Shown: positions 29,039 through 38,711 of the stretch, piece by piece
How the letters are laid out: each line of letters starts with the position of its first letter
How positions within the stretch are numbered: the first letter of the stretch is position 1
Assembly (NCBI GenBank): GCA_038997165.1
Contig: JAWBAK010000002.1
Coordinates: forward strand, 3,083 to 67,082
Origin: Candidatus Aenigmatarchaeota archaeon
Lineage (GTDB): Archaea > Aenigmatarchaeota > Aenigmatarchaeia > CG10238-14 > SpSt-28
Direction of reading: 5' to 3'
Length of the DNA stretch: 64,000 nucleotides
Notes under the pieces: generated by a model
Told to the model about the DNA's origin: nothing
The model's database searches: none
The model's input: the letters and a program-made list of their open reading frames with translations, nothing else
Translations under genes and position numbers: made by a program

Positions 29039-29187
29039 TAGAGGATGAATTATGGATAGTTTTAGGAATTATTTTATTAATAATAGTTGGAATTTTAATT
29101 TATCTAGCTATAACTAATCCAAAATTTCAAGAATTGATAAAGAATATGATATGGAATCTCAAAATTCCAAAACCTTGGAAAAAATAA
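29035..29187 (+). CDS. micro-pilin-like protein 6 (50 aa), not in ORF track
   Basis: ATGA overlap; MIEDELWIVLGIILLIIVGILIYLAITNPKFQELIKNMIWNLKIPKPWKK. Confidence 0.75.
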   Translation: MIEDELWIVLGIILLIIVGILIYLAITNPKFQELIKNMIWNLKIPKPWKK

Positions 29188-29188
29188 T

Positions 29189-29314
29189 ATGCAAATACCA
29201 ATTAAAATAGTAATTATTATAATAATTTTAATAATTTTAATTACTTTTGCAATCTTTTTTGCAACTTTTTTAAAATCTTCTATTGCTAATATTTTATCTC
29301 AAATATTTGGTTAA
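29189..29314 (+). CDS. micro-pilin-like protein 7 (41 aa), not in ORF track
   Basis: MQIPIKIVIIIIILIILITFAIFFATFLKSSIANILSQIFG; N-terminus resembles protein 4 (MIPIR). Confidence 0.72.
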   Translation: MQIPIKIVIIIIILIILITFAIFFATFLKSSIANILSQIFG

Positions 29315-31305
29315 ACTTGAACTATTGTTTCTATCATTGGAGTTAATATTAGTGAACTAAAGAGAACTGTTAATATATATAATATTAGTGATATTATCAA
29401 TGTTTTCGAAAGAAAAGAAAGAAAATTATATCTTTCTAATCCACTTTCTAAACCGACAATTAATAAACTTGAAATTATTATCATTTCAACCAAATAAATA
29501 CCTAATGAAAAAGTTATAGATCCAAAAGAAATTGAACTTACTGTAGATGCAGAAATAAATGGAATACCAGTTAAAGGTAAAGCTTCTGTTGATTCCTGAG
29601 TTGGAAGTTCTCCAATACTAAAGAATACTTTAATAATTAGAGATAATAGAATAATTACTAATGAAATTCCAGTTCCAATTATAATTGGCATTAAGAATGT
29701 TATTATAAATTTTAGATTATTTACGTTATCACTTATTAATTCTTCAATCTTTGCTTGAAGTTTAAAAAGGTTAGATAAATATTCAGAAATTATTATCATA
29801 GTATCTCCAGCAAATCTATATCCTTTTTTATAACTTTCGATTATAATTTCAAAAGAATTTTTTATAATACTTGATGGATATATTTTTATTATTTTTTCTA
29901 TTGATTCTTTTAAATTTCCACTATAGGATAATATTGATAACAATTTTTCAAATAATTTTCCAATTTCAAATTTTTTATATCTTTCAATTCCTTTATTAAT
30001 TGCAATCTCTAAAGGATTTCCAGCTCTTAAATAATAACCTGTTTGATACAATACTGTTGGAAATTCGCTTTCTATTTTTTCAATAATTTTTCTTTTTAAT
30101 AAAATATTTCTTAATGCAAAAATTAAAATTAGTGAGATTGGAACAAACAATAAAAATAATGATGAAATTGCAAGAAAAACTAATGTAAAATTATCTCTTA
30201 ATAATTCCTCACACTCTTCTTTACTTAATGTCAAATCTTTTGGTTTTGTTTTAAATTTTGTATTTGCCCATTCTACACATTTTTCAAAATTATAATTTAG
30301 TGAAATAAAATTTGGAAGAGTTAAAGAGGAAAGAATTAATGATATTAAAATTCCAACAAAAATTAAATTAATTTTAAAGTTAGAAAATTTTATTTCTAAA
30401 GGATTTTCTATAAGAAGAAAGGAAATTGTTAATGGTCTAGAAGTTATTAAAGTTATTATTACTAGAAATAAAATTATTGGTAAAATTACATTGAAAACTA
30501 TTACTAAAGTTGTGAAAGAAAAAATTTGAGGGAAAAAAATAGAAAATAGTGGTAAAATAGTTAAAGAAAGTAAAGGCAAAATTACACCTAATCCTAAAAT
30601 AATTGTTGATGGTAATTTTAAACTTCTCGCATATTTTTCCATTCTTTGAAAATTTTCTTCATGCATTACTCTTATCGCTTCTTTTATTAAATTTTCTGAA
30701 GAATATGGATTTTCACTATATGCTATCAATAATTTTAATGCTTCGCAAAATTCTTTCGCTTCTTTATACCATCTTTCGATTATTTCATTTAAACCTTCTT
30801 TAATTGTAGTTTCTCCAACTAAAAATTTAGCTAAAATTCTTTTAAAATCTTTTCCAATTTCACCACTTAAATTACTCGCAACTAAAACAACAGCTCTTTC
30901 TAAATTTGGAACTTGTTTTAAAGAAATACTCATATATATAATTGCATGCATCATTTCGCTAGAGGCAAAATTTCTAATTAGTTTAGCTTTAAGAAATGGA
31001 TAATAATATATTAAAAATGAAATTAAGGATAATAATATAAAAAAAATAAAAGATATTGAGAATCCTAATGAAAAAGCTAATATTGCAATTCCTATTATTC
31101 CAAAAAGAAAAATTAGAATTGCTGCAGAAAAATTTGAAGCTGGAGGTATTCTTAATCTACAAAATTTATTAACTTCATTATATAACTCTTCTTCTTCTTT
31201 TGGAATTTTAATTTTTATTATTTGAAAACTAAAATTACAAAGTAATTCGTAAAAAGAAAGTTTTTTGGATTTTTTATATTCTTCAATAATTTGGTTTACA
31301 TCCAT
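29311..31305 (-). CDS. type II/IV secretion F-family (GspF/TadC/ArlJ-like) membrane platform protein
   Basis: Two repeated cytoplasmic domains (YMSISLKQVPNLERAV; EFPTVLYQTGYYLRAGNPLE.AI), each followed by TM bundles. Confidence 0.8.
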   Translation of the reverse strand: MDVNQIIEEYKKSKKLSFYELLCNFSFQIIKIKIPKEEEELYNEVNKFCRLRIPPASNFSAAILIFLFGIIGIAILAFSLGFSISFIFFILLSLISFLIYYYPFLKAKLIRNFASSEMMHAIIYMSISLKQVPNLERAVVLVASNLSGEIGKDFKRILAKFLVGETTIKEGLNEIIERWYKEAKEFCEALKLLIAYSENPYSSENLIKEAIRVMHEENFQRMEKYARSLKLPSTIILGLGVILPLLSLTILPLFSIFFPQIFSFTTLVIVFNVILPIILFLVIITLITSRPLTISFLLIENPLEIKFSNFKINLIFVGILISLILSSLTLPNFISLNYNFEKCVEWANTKFKTKPKDLTLSKEECEELLRDNFTLVFLAISSLFLLFVPISLILIFALRNILLKRKIIEKIESEFPTVLYQTGYYLRAGNPLEIAINKGIERYKKFEIGKLFEKLLSILSYSGNLKESIEKIIKIYPSSIIKNSFEIIIESYKKGYRFAGDTMIIISEYLSNLFKLQAKIEELISDNVNNLKFIITFLMPIIIGTGISLVIILLSLIIKVFFSIGELPTQESTEALPLTGIPFISASTVSSISFGSITFSLGIYLVEMIIISSLLIVGLESGLERYNFLSFLSKTLIISLILYILTVLFSSLILTPMIETIVQV

Positions 31306-31340
31306 AATAAATAAATAAGTTTACCATATATGTATATATT

Positions 31341-34046
31341 ATGAAATTATTAGAAGAAGTTGCAATAAGATTTTTAATAGGTATATTTATTGCATCTCTT
31401 ATAGGTTTTTTATTTTGGTGGTTAGTTATTCATAATGAAACAGATAGAATTGTTGAAAGAAATTTTCAAAAATTTTATTCTGCATTAGATGAAGCATGTT
31501 CTAGAAGATCTACAATAAATAATCCTACAAAAGTTTATGTAGAAATTCCTCAAAAAAGATTTCAAAATCCATTCGAAGCAGGAATAAATTGGTTAAAAGA
31601 AAAATTAGGAATTCCAGTTCCATTTACTGCTTTTCAAGATCCATATTATAATTTTCATTGGGAATTTTTTCCGCCAGAACCACCATATACATTTGGACAA
31701 GGTATTCCAGAATCTTTAGCTGCATTTTTTATTCCATGGAGCGAAGATTTACCTTGGAGTTCTAATTTAATATTAACTATGGCTTTTAATGCATATGCTT
31801 TGGGATTAGATATGTTTGAAGCAGTAAAGCAACTTGAAAAAGCAAAATCTAAAGCTTATTTATCTATAAAACACAAAATGTCTAATTTTGGGAAAAAAAT
31901 TCTTAATAATTTCGATGAAATAAAAATAATTGTTAAAGCGGTAAATGAAATGGAAGAATATATTAAAAAAGTTGGAAACTATGTTATTAGAGTAAAAGGT
32001 ACTGCAATAAAAATTGCAGATGTTAGTGGAAAAATTATTCATGAAATTAAATTTATATCTAAAGTAACCACAATGTATGCATTATTTTGTCTAGCAATAG
32101 AAGATAAAACTTTAGGAGAATGTTTTACTGAAGGAGTAATTTTTGGAGTAGGTGCAGATGTAGGTAAATTAATAATGAAAAATGTTGTTTTTCCTCGTAT
32201 AAAGAAAAAATTAGAAATTTATTATTCAATTACTGTTGGAAAAATTAAAAAAGGTTTTTCAGAATTTTTAGAGTATGTTTCTGACGAAGTAAAATCGATA
32301 AAATATAAATTTCTTGGAATGGAAAATATTGTTGCTGAAAATATAGATGAAATAAATAAATTAACCGATGACATTAAAAATCTTGTAGATGATGCCAAAA
32401 AATTATTAAATGAGGGAAAAAATTCTGAAGCTCTTAGCAAAATAAATGAAGCAAAAGGAAAATTAAAGGCAATTTCTTCATTAATTGAAGATACTTCTAA
32501 AAAAGCACCACCAGACTACTTTTCGGCTTTATTCTTTACACAAATTGAAATTGAAAAACTACAAGATGAAATAAATGATATAATAAAGAGATGTCCTGAA
32601 GATTTAATAAAAGATATTTCAAAAGGTTTTGTTGAACTAGATTCTCTAGTTAAATCTACAGAAGAGTTACACGATGATATTCATACAAAATCTACAAAAA
32701 AAGTTTTAGAGAGAAAAGGATTTAATTTTGAGTATGATGAAAAATTAAAAAGAAATGTATATGTATTAACAGAAGAAAGTAATAAAGATTTATTTAATGA
32801 ATTTAAAGAAGCAATAGAAGCTAGAAAAGCGATGGGAGAAACAATTTATAGTTATGGAGATTTTAAATTTCAATATGATGAAAAAGGAAACTTAATAAAA
32901 GTTATTTACGATCCATTTGATCCAGATAGCATTACAAATACTATAAAAGAAGGTATTTTGGGTTATCCAAAAAAATTTTTGGCATATTTAGAAGAAAAGG
33001 CATTTATTCATAATAAATTAGTAGATGGAGATGCTGTTGCTAAAGTATTAGAAGATATGAAAGATGATCTTCAAAGAGATGAAAACTTAAGAAAAAGATT
33101 ATTAGAAGCATTTAAAAAAATAGGACATGAAATTGATGAAGATGAATTAATTTATAGAATTGACGATACTATAAGAAAGTATAAAGCTGGAGAAAATTTA
33201 GTATTAGTTGTAGAAAAAAATAGTGAATTAGGAAAACTCTTTGATAAATTACCAAGCGACATTTCTTCACAAGATCTTTCACATTATATTAGAAAAGCAA
33301 TTTATGATGCTATAAAACAAGGTGATGATACTGAATTAAAAAATTTATATGGGTTGATAAATGGAAAAACTTTAAGAATTAAAGAAGATATGGAAATATT
33401 TTTTAGAAGAGGTGTTATAGGATATGCTGCCTTAAGAGCTATTGATTTATACACACCTTTAGGAGCAAGTTGGTGGGATAAATATATTTCTTACTATGGT
33501 TATGAAGGTCAAAAAATTCCTGTAGGATGTCAAACTCAATGTGATGAAGGAAAAATTTGTTTGCAGTTAGGAGCATGCATTAGACAATTTGATTTACCCG
33601 AAAGCTGTCAAAAAATTGGTATAAAAGATGTAAAAATAAAAAGAAATAGTATTGTTGCAAATGATCCAAGATTTTATTTAGTTAGTCCATGCTATGCTGA
33701 ATTAGAAATTTTTATTGATAATTCTGATGCAATACTATTTATTCTTCCAAAAATAGATAAAAATAGGTTAAATGAACCAAATTATTGTTATGCAACAGAG
33801 AATTTTGTTAATTGGTACATAGGTACTTATATTGCTCAATATACAACTAGATGTGTGGGAGCAATAGGTTGCGCTATACTAACTGGTGGTCTTGGAGCTA
33901 TAGATGCTGTTTTGGCATGTTTATTTGGAGCTGCAGGAGGTGTTTGTGGAGTTGTTGTAGATTTAATAGATTTAGCGTTTTCATTTTTAAAAGAATCTAC
34001 TTTTATTTGGCCAACAGTTTATCAAACTTATCCTTGGTTAGCATGA
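31341..34046 (+). CDS. 901-aa pilin-like N-anchored protein with Cys-rich and Gly-rich hydrophobic C-terminus
   Basis: N-terminal TM then amphipathic helix ending in Cys; coiled-coil middle; C-terminal CVGAIGCAILTGGLGAIDAVLACLFGAAGGVCGVV. Confidence 0.75.
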   Translation: MKLLEEVAIRFLIGIFIASLIGFLFWWLVIHNETDRIVERNFQKFYSALDEACSRRSTINNPTKVYVEIPQKRFQNPFEAGINWLKEKLGIPVPFTAFQDPYYNFHWEFFPPEPPYTFGQGIPESLAAFFIPWSEDLPWSSNLILTMAFNAYALGLDMFEAVKQLEKAKSKAYLSIKHKMSNFGKKILNNFDEIKIIVKAVNEMEEYIKKVGNYVIRVKGTAIKIADVSGKIIHEIKFISKVTTMYALFCLAIEDKTLGECFTEGVIFGVGADVGKLIMKNVVFPRIKKKLEIYYSITVGKIKKGFSEFLEYVSDEVKSIKYKFLGMENIVAENIDEINKLTDDIKNLVDDAKKLLNEGKNSEALSKINEAKGKLKAISSLIEDTSKKAPPDYFSALFFTQIEIEKLQDEINDIIKRCPEDLIKDISKGFVELDSLVKSTEELHDDIHTKSTKKVLERKGFNFEYDEKLKRNVYVLTEESNKDLFNEFKEAIEARKAMGETIYSYGDFKFQYDEKGNLIKVIYDPFDPDSITNTIKEGILGYPKKFLAYLEEKAFIHNKLVDGDAVAKVLEDMKDDLQRDENLRKRLLEAFKKIGHEIDEDELIYRIDDTIRKYKAGENLVLVVEKNSELGKLFDKLPSDISSQDLSHYIRKAIYDAIKQGDDTELKNLYGLINGKTLRIKEDMEIFFRRGVIGYAALRAIDLYTPLGASWWDKYISYYGYEGQKIPVGCQTQCDEGKICLQLGACIRQFDLPESCQKIGIKDVKIKRNSIVANDPRFYLVSPCYAELEIFIDNSDAILFILPKIDKNRLNEPNYCYATENFVNWYIGTYIAQYTTRCVGAIGCAILTGGLGAIDAVLACLFGAAGGVCGVVVDLIDLAFSFLKESTFIWPTVYQTYPWLA

Positions 34047-34462
34047 TCAAAATAAAAAAATTAAAATTATCTGCATTTATAACTTATTTAGTTTTATTTT
34101 TTTCAATGATTTTTGTTATAATTTTTTTATATTTAGGAATTAACATTCTTTTGATAAATATTTATAAAAACAATTTTTTTATTTCAAAAAGTACTTCTGA
34201 ATTTCTTTCTGCAATTATGAATTCTTTATTTTCTTCTACAAATAATATTACTATAGAAATTACATTTCCAAAAGAAGAAATGGAAATATATTTTTTTGAT
34301 GAGAATATAACTGTAAAGAAAGGAAAAGAATTTTTTTCTTCAAAAATTTTTAAACCAAGTTATATTAATTTTAATGTTTCAAATAATGTTATAAAAACAA
34401 CATCGTTTTATAATACAAAAATTCTAATAATAAAAGTAAACGATGAAATAAAAATAATATGA
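34043..34462 (+). CDS. pilin-like single-TM protein
   Basis: True start at ATGA overlap (MIKIKKLKLSAFITY...); TM, helix, beta strands. Confidence 0.65.
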   Translation: MIKIKKLKLSAFITYLVLFFSMIFVIIFLYLGINILLINIYKNNFFISKSTSEFLSAIMNSLFSSTNNITIEITFPKEEMEIYFFDENITVKKGKEFFSSKIFKPSYINFNVSNNVIKTTSFYNTKILIIKVNDEIKII

Positions 34463-34854
34463 AATTGCAAATTTCATTTATTCCAGAATCAATGTTAGAT
34501 GTTTTAACTTTAATAATTGTAATTTCTATGACATTTGGAATGTATATTTTATATACAGAATATAAATTAATTTTAAAAAGAGATGAAAATTTAGATTTTC
34601 AAAATTATAATTTTGCTCAAGTTTTTATTGGAGATAAATGTATACTTTATAATAATATTAGCAAAGGAATTTTAGATTATAATAAAATAAAAAATAAACA
34701 AAGTTGTTTAAATTTAGAAAAAAATATAAGCATTATTTTAAATTCGGAAAAAATTGTTTATAATAACGATTGCGATTTTTCTAATACAAAAGTTATAATT
34801 CCGATAATAGTTTTTAAAGAAAGTTTTCAAGAAGCAAAATTAATAATATGTTAA
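34459..34854 (+). CDS. pilin-like single-TM protein
   Basis: MKLQISFIPE then TM; Cys residues; KGILD motif. Confidence 0.68.
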   Translation: MKLQISFIPESMLDVLTLIIVISMTFGMYILYTEYKLILKRDENLDFQNYNFAQVFIGDKCILYNNISKGILDYNKIKNKQSCLNLEKNISIILNSEKIVYNNDCDFSNTKVIIPIIVFKESFQEAKLIIC

Positions 34855-35243
34855 TTCCAAAAATAATTACAACATTTTTAACATTAATTTTTTCAATTAT
34901 AGCTTTTTCTTTTGTTTATTTTTTATTGCAAAATTTACCAAAAGCAAAAGTAGAAATACAATATAAATTAAGAGAGGAAAATCCTTTTTCTTCTCATCTA
35001 TGTCAAGTATTTTTAAGTTCAGATGAAATAAAAGAACTAATTATAAAAACAATTAAAAAAGAAAATATTGAAAATTCTAAAGCATTAATTTTAGATAGGC
35101 TTTCTAATTTAATTGAAGATAGAGGATTTGAAATAGTAATTTCAAACGAAAGTATAAAAAAAGGAGCTTTATCGTATGAAGATATATATTCATGCTACTT
35201 TTTTTATAATAAAAAATTGTATGAAATAATAATAAAAATATGA
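34848..35243 (+). CDS. pilin-like single-TM protein
   Basis: N-terminal TM, overlapping operon structure. Confidence 0.65.
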   Translation: MLIPKIITTFLTLIFSIIAFSFVYFLLQNLPKAKVEIQYKLREENPFSSHLCQVFLSSDEIKELIIKTIKKENIENSKALILDRLSNLIEDRGFEIVISNESIKKGALSYEDIYSCYFFYNKKLYEIIIKI

Positions 35244-35608
35244 AAACATTAATTGGAAATTTAATATTATTTTTATTACCTTTAGTACTTTTTATAATTG
35301 CTTTTTATTTAACGGCAGGTATTTTAAGTAGAGAAATAAGTGTTATAGATATTTCTTCTAAAATTTTTAATGTAATAAATGAAGCTGAAATTTATAAACA
35401 ACAAATAAGAAATATTACGTTAGAAAAACTAAAAGAAAATAATAATTTAAAAGAATTTTCATTTAGTGGATATTATACTTTTTTCAAAATTTCAATAATT
35501 GAAAGAGATAATTCTCAAATAAAAATAGAAGTTTTTGGATATCCAAAAGAGGAAATAATTGGTATAAGACTGATTATTCATTATATCGATGAAATAAAAT
35601 TATGGTAA
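35240..35608 (+). CDS. pilin-like single-TM protein
   Basis: N-terminal TM, ATGA overlap. Confidence 0.65.
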   Translation: MKTLIGNLILFLLPLVLFIIAFYLTAGILSREISVIDISSKIFNVINEAEIYKQQIRNITLEKLKENNNLKEFSFSGYYTFFKISIIERDNSQIKIEVFGYPKEEIIGIRLIIHYIDEIKLW

Positions 35609-36810
35609 ACGAACTCTTAATATTTTTATTGATTATTTTTATAGTTATATCTGTAATTACTTATTTTATTATCTCTACAATAACTAAAGTAGAAATTAAA
35701 GAATATGTTCCAAGAATTATTTTTTCGAGAGATGCTTTTTTAGATATTAATTTTCTTTTTTCCGATTTTGATGGAAAATCTTCTGAATACAATTATGCAT
35801 TTTACATTCAAAATAATTTTTTAAACACATTAAATTTAAATATTTTTTCAGAATTTTTAATTTTAGATGAAAATGTAAAAATTTCTTTATATAAAGAAGA
35901 GTTTTCTGATTTATTAGCTTCTAATGTTAAAAAGAGATATGATATTTCATTTAAAAATATTTTTGATAATTCAAAGATTAGCGGATTAAATTTTTGTGAA
36001 GAGGAGAGAAAAGCTATTTTAGGCTGTAAATATGAATGTTGTAAAGGAGATAATATAAATGATGGAATTTGTTGGAAAGATTGCAAAATTTATAAATTAG
36101 ATCTTTCTGAGAAAAAAAGAAATCTTTATTGTCAAATTTTTCCAATTATTTATACTTCAATAAACTATTCGGCTATTATAAATGGAACTGTTGAAATTAG
36201 TAAAAATACTTATGAAGATAGAATTAAATGGAATGTAAGAAAATCGCCAATTAATATTTTTGTAAGACCATCTCCAATACCATATAATAATCTTTTACCT
36301 TTAATGCTTACTTTTGAAATAGAGGGGGAAAATGTGTTTCTAAGAAAGTTAAGGCTAGAAATTATAAATTATTCTATTGAAATTGAAACTTTTTTTGAGA
36401 AAAAGATAGAAAGTTTAGAAGCATCACAAATTTGCGAAATAGAAGTAAATAGATTTATTAATGGAAAAGTATATCTTGGAAAAGAAAAGAATTGTACTTT
36501 TGAACCTTTAAACATTACAGTTAAAAGAATTTTAAAAGATAGAGTTGAAGAAAAAATAGCAACCAAAAATGAAGATATAAACAAATTAATAAATTCTGTT
36601 TGTAAAGAATATATTTCTGATGGAAAAATAGACTATGAAAACTGTGCAAAAGAATTAAATAAAAGAGAATATAATATTTGTAGTTTATATAGTGATTTAG
36701 AAATTTGTAAAATTGGAGAAGAAAAGTTAAATAAAATAATTATTCTTATTTCAGCTGAAATTGAAAAGAGAGAAGAATATAGAAAAAAATTAATACCAAC
36801 TTTTTGTTAA
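35602..36810 (+). CDS. Cys-rich single-TM surface protein
   Basis: N-terminal TM; multiple Cys clusters; SPINI...P.P.PY. Confidence 0.68.
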   Translation: MVNELLIFLLIIFIVISVITYFIISTITKVEIKEYVPRIIFSRDAFLDINFLFSDFDGKSSEYNYAFYIQNNFLNTLNLNIFSEFLILDENVKISLYKEEFSDLLASNVKKRYDISFKNIFDNSKISGLNFCEEERKAILGCKYECCKGDNINDGICWKDCKIYKLDLSEKKRNLYCQIFPIIYTSINYSAIINGTVEISKNTYEDRIKWNVRKSPINIFVRPSPIPYNNLLPLMLTFEIEGENVFLRKLRLEIINYSIEIETFFEKKIESLEASQICEIEVNRFINGKVYLGKEKNCTFEPLNITVKRILKDRVEEKIATKNEDINKLINSVCKEYISDGKIDYENCAKELNKREYNICSLYSDLEICKIGEEKLNKIIILISAEIEKREEYRKKLIPTFC

Positions 36811-37170
36811 TTACTTTATTTTACAGCCACAAAGCTTTACTAAACAATCTTTAAAAGATCTTAAACCCAAATAATTACATATATTTTTGTAACTTGCAAA
36901 ATCATCTCCATCTTTTACACCAATATCTTTATTCTTGATTTTTGATGATAAATCATCTTCTGAAATTCCAAGATCATATGGACTACTTACTTCAATTGCT
37001 AAACATTTTGTTTTATCAACTATTTCCGAACAAAATATACTTTTTATATTTTCTCTTTTCATCCAATCTAAAGGGCTACTTCCTATTCCTAGCCAAGATA
37101 AAACAAAAAGTGCTGTTACTATTAAAATTACAATTATTATTATTATTTCTAGTGTTGTTAAAACTTTCAT
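36811..37170 (-). CDS. pilin-like protein with Cys-rich C-terminus
   Basis: MKVLTTLEIIIIIVILIVTALFVL; ICNYLG...DCLVKLCGC. Confidence 0.7.
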   Translation of the reverse strand: MKVLTTLEIIIIIVILIVTALFVLSWLGIGSSPLDWMKRENIKSIFCSEIVDKTKCLAIEVSSPYDLGISEDDLSSKIKNKDIGVKDGDDFASYKNICNYLGLRSFKDCLVKLCGCKIK

Positions 37171-37203
37171 AATAATATATTAAGTAGTTTTTAAATATTT
37201 TTT

Positions 37204-37276
37204 TGGGCCCGGCGGGATTTGAACCCGCGACCTACCGGTTAAGAGCCGGCCGCTCTACCTACTGAGCTACGGGCCC
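37204..37276 (-). tRNA. tRNA-Lys(CTT)
   Basis: Reverse complement GGGCCCGTAGCTCAG...CCGG-CTCTTAA-CCGG...GGTTCAAATCCCGCCGGGCCC. Confidence 0.97.
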
Positions 37277-37376
37277 ATAAATTATCTTAGTTTTCTTTTT
37301 TCATAGAAAATAATTTTTATTATACAATTATGTTAAATATTAAAATCTATAATATAAAAAATTTTAAATTTTATCT

Positions 37377-38285
37377 ATGAAAGATTTAGAAAGCAAATTG
37401 TATCAAAATTCTCAATATAAAAAATTAGAAGAAAAATTAAGAAAAGAATTAGATGAAAGATATCCTATGTTAAAAGAAAGTGAAATTAAAGAAATTCAAA
37501 CTGTTTTTTCTTTTATACCCCATGCAACAGAAAAATATATTGTATTATCAAAAATTAATATTGCAGATATTATAAATTTTAGCTATGCTACATATCTTAT
37601 AAATTACATTAATAGCTATCCAAATACATTATCATCTTTTTCTGCTCTTATTAACTTAGCTTTTATTCTATCTTTGTATACATTTTTAATTTTTTATAGA
37701 AAAAATTTAAAAATACATGAAATGATTCACTCATATAGATTAAGATATTTTCATTTTTATCAAAAAATTAAAGGTAAAGAAAAAGATAGCTCTTTCATTT
37801 CTAACATTCGAGAGAAATTAAAAGAAAATGTAATTAATTCTGATAACAAAATTCTTTCTTTCTTTTCCAGAGAATTTTTGTTAATATTATCTATTCCATC
37901 TTTTATAAAATATTTTATAAAAAGTTTTGATAAAAAGAAATTTTATTTTTGGGAAGAAAAAATTACTGAGTATGAAAAGGAAAGAATAACTGGTAAAAAA
38001 TCTTTTCTTCTTTCCAATCGAGAAAGAAAATTTTTAGAATTTTTAGAATCTTTAAGAACAGATAGTTATATACCAATTGAAGAAAAACAAATAGATAAAA
38101 TAAAAAATTCAAATTTAGATGAAAATTTAAAGAATTTAATTTTAAATGAAATAGAAGAAATAAAAAGCAATAAAGAATTTAAATTTTTTATTGAAAATAT
38201 TCCTGTTTTTATTCCAAAATACGAATTAATAGATAAACTTTATGAAGAATGGAAAAAATCTTCTAATCTTTATCAAAAAAACTAA
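37377..38285 (+). CDS. HExxH-containing membrane protein
   Basis: IHEMIHS after a TM segment; WEEKITE downstream. Confidence 0.62.
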   Translation: MKDLESKLYQNSQYKKLEEKLRKELDERYPMLKESEIKEIQTVFSFIPHATEKYIVLSKINIADIINFSYATYLINYINSYPNTLSSFSALINLAFILSLYTFLIFYRKNLKIHEMIHSYRLRYFHFYQKIKGKEKDSSFISNIREKLKENVINSDNKILSFFSREFLLILSIPSFIKYFIKSFDKKKFYFWEEKITEYEKERITGKKSFLLSNRERKFLEFLESLRTDSYIPIEEKQIDKIKNSNLDENLKNLILNEIEEIKSNKEFKFFIENIPVFIPKYELIDKLYEEWKKSSNLYQKN

Positions 38286-38711
38286 TAAAAATTTTTCTTA
38301 TAATATCTATAATTAATCCAAAAAATAATAAGTAAAAGAGAAGTTCAAAGTTAATTGTTATTTTTATTATATCAAAATTTAAAAAATTTTTATATTCAAA
38401 TTCTATTTTTCCAAAATTTAAAACAAAAACTATAAAAATTAAAATAAAAATAGAATAAATTATAGAAAAAACTTTTGCCATTTTATTTTCTAATAAAATT
38501 GAAAGAAAAGAAGAAAACGAAATTGTTAATCCTAAAAAAAAAAAAGAAGATAAATATTTGTATTATAGGTTTCGATAATAAAGCTACAAAAATTAAGATT
38601 AAAAAATTTGCAATTGATAATTTCATAGTTTCCTAAAATTATTATTAAAAAAGGTAGTGTAAAAAACAAAAAGTTTAGTAAAAATATAAAAAAAGCTTTT
38701 ACTAATTTCAT
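38263..38711 (-). pseudogene. polytopic membrane protein gene frameshifted at a T12 run
   Basis: ATG at 38711 overlaps upstream TGA; frame hits TAG right after poly-T (A12 on + strand, 38534-38545); T13 or T10 would join it to the 38263-38481 ORF. Confidence 0.7.

Noticed and set aside
33851..34042. Cys/Trp-rich N-terminal extension of ORF 33851-34462
   Set aside because: Out-of-frame overlap with the 901-aa gene; the real start is ATG 34043
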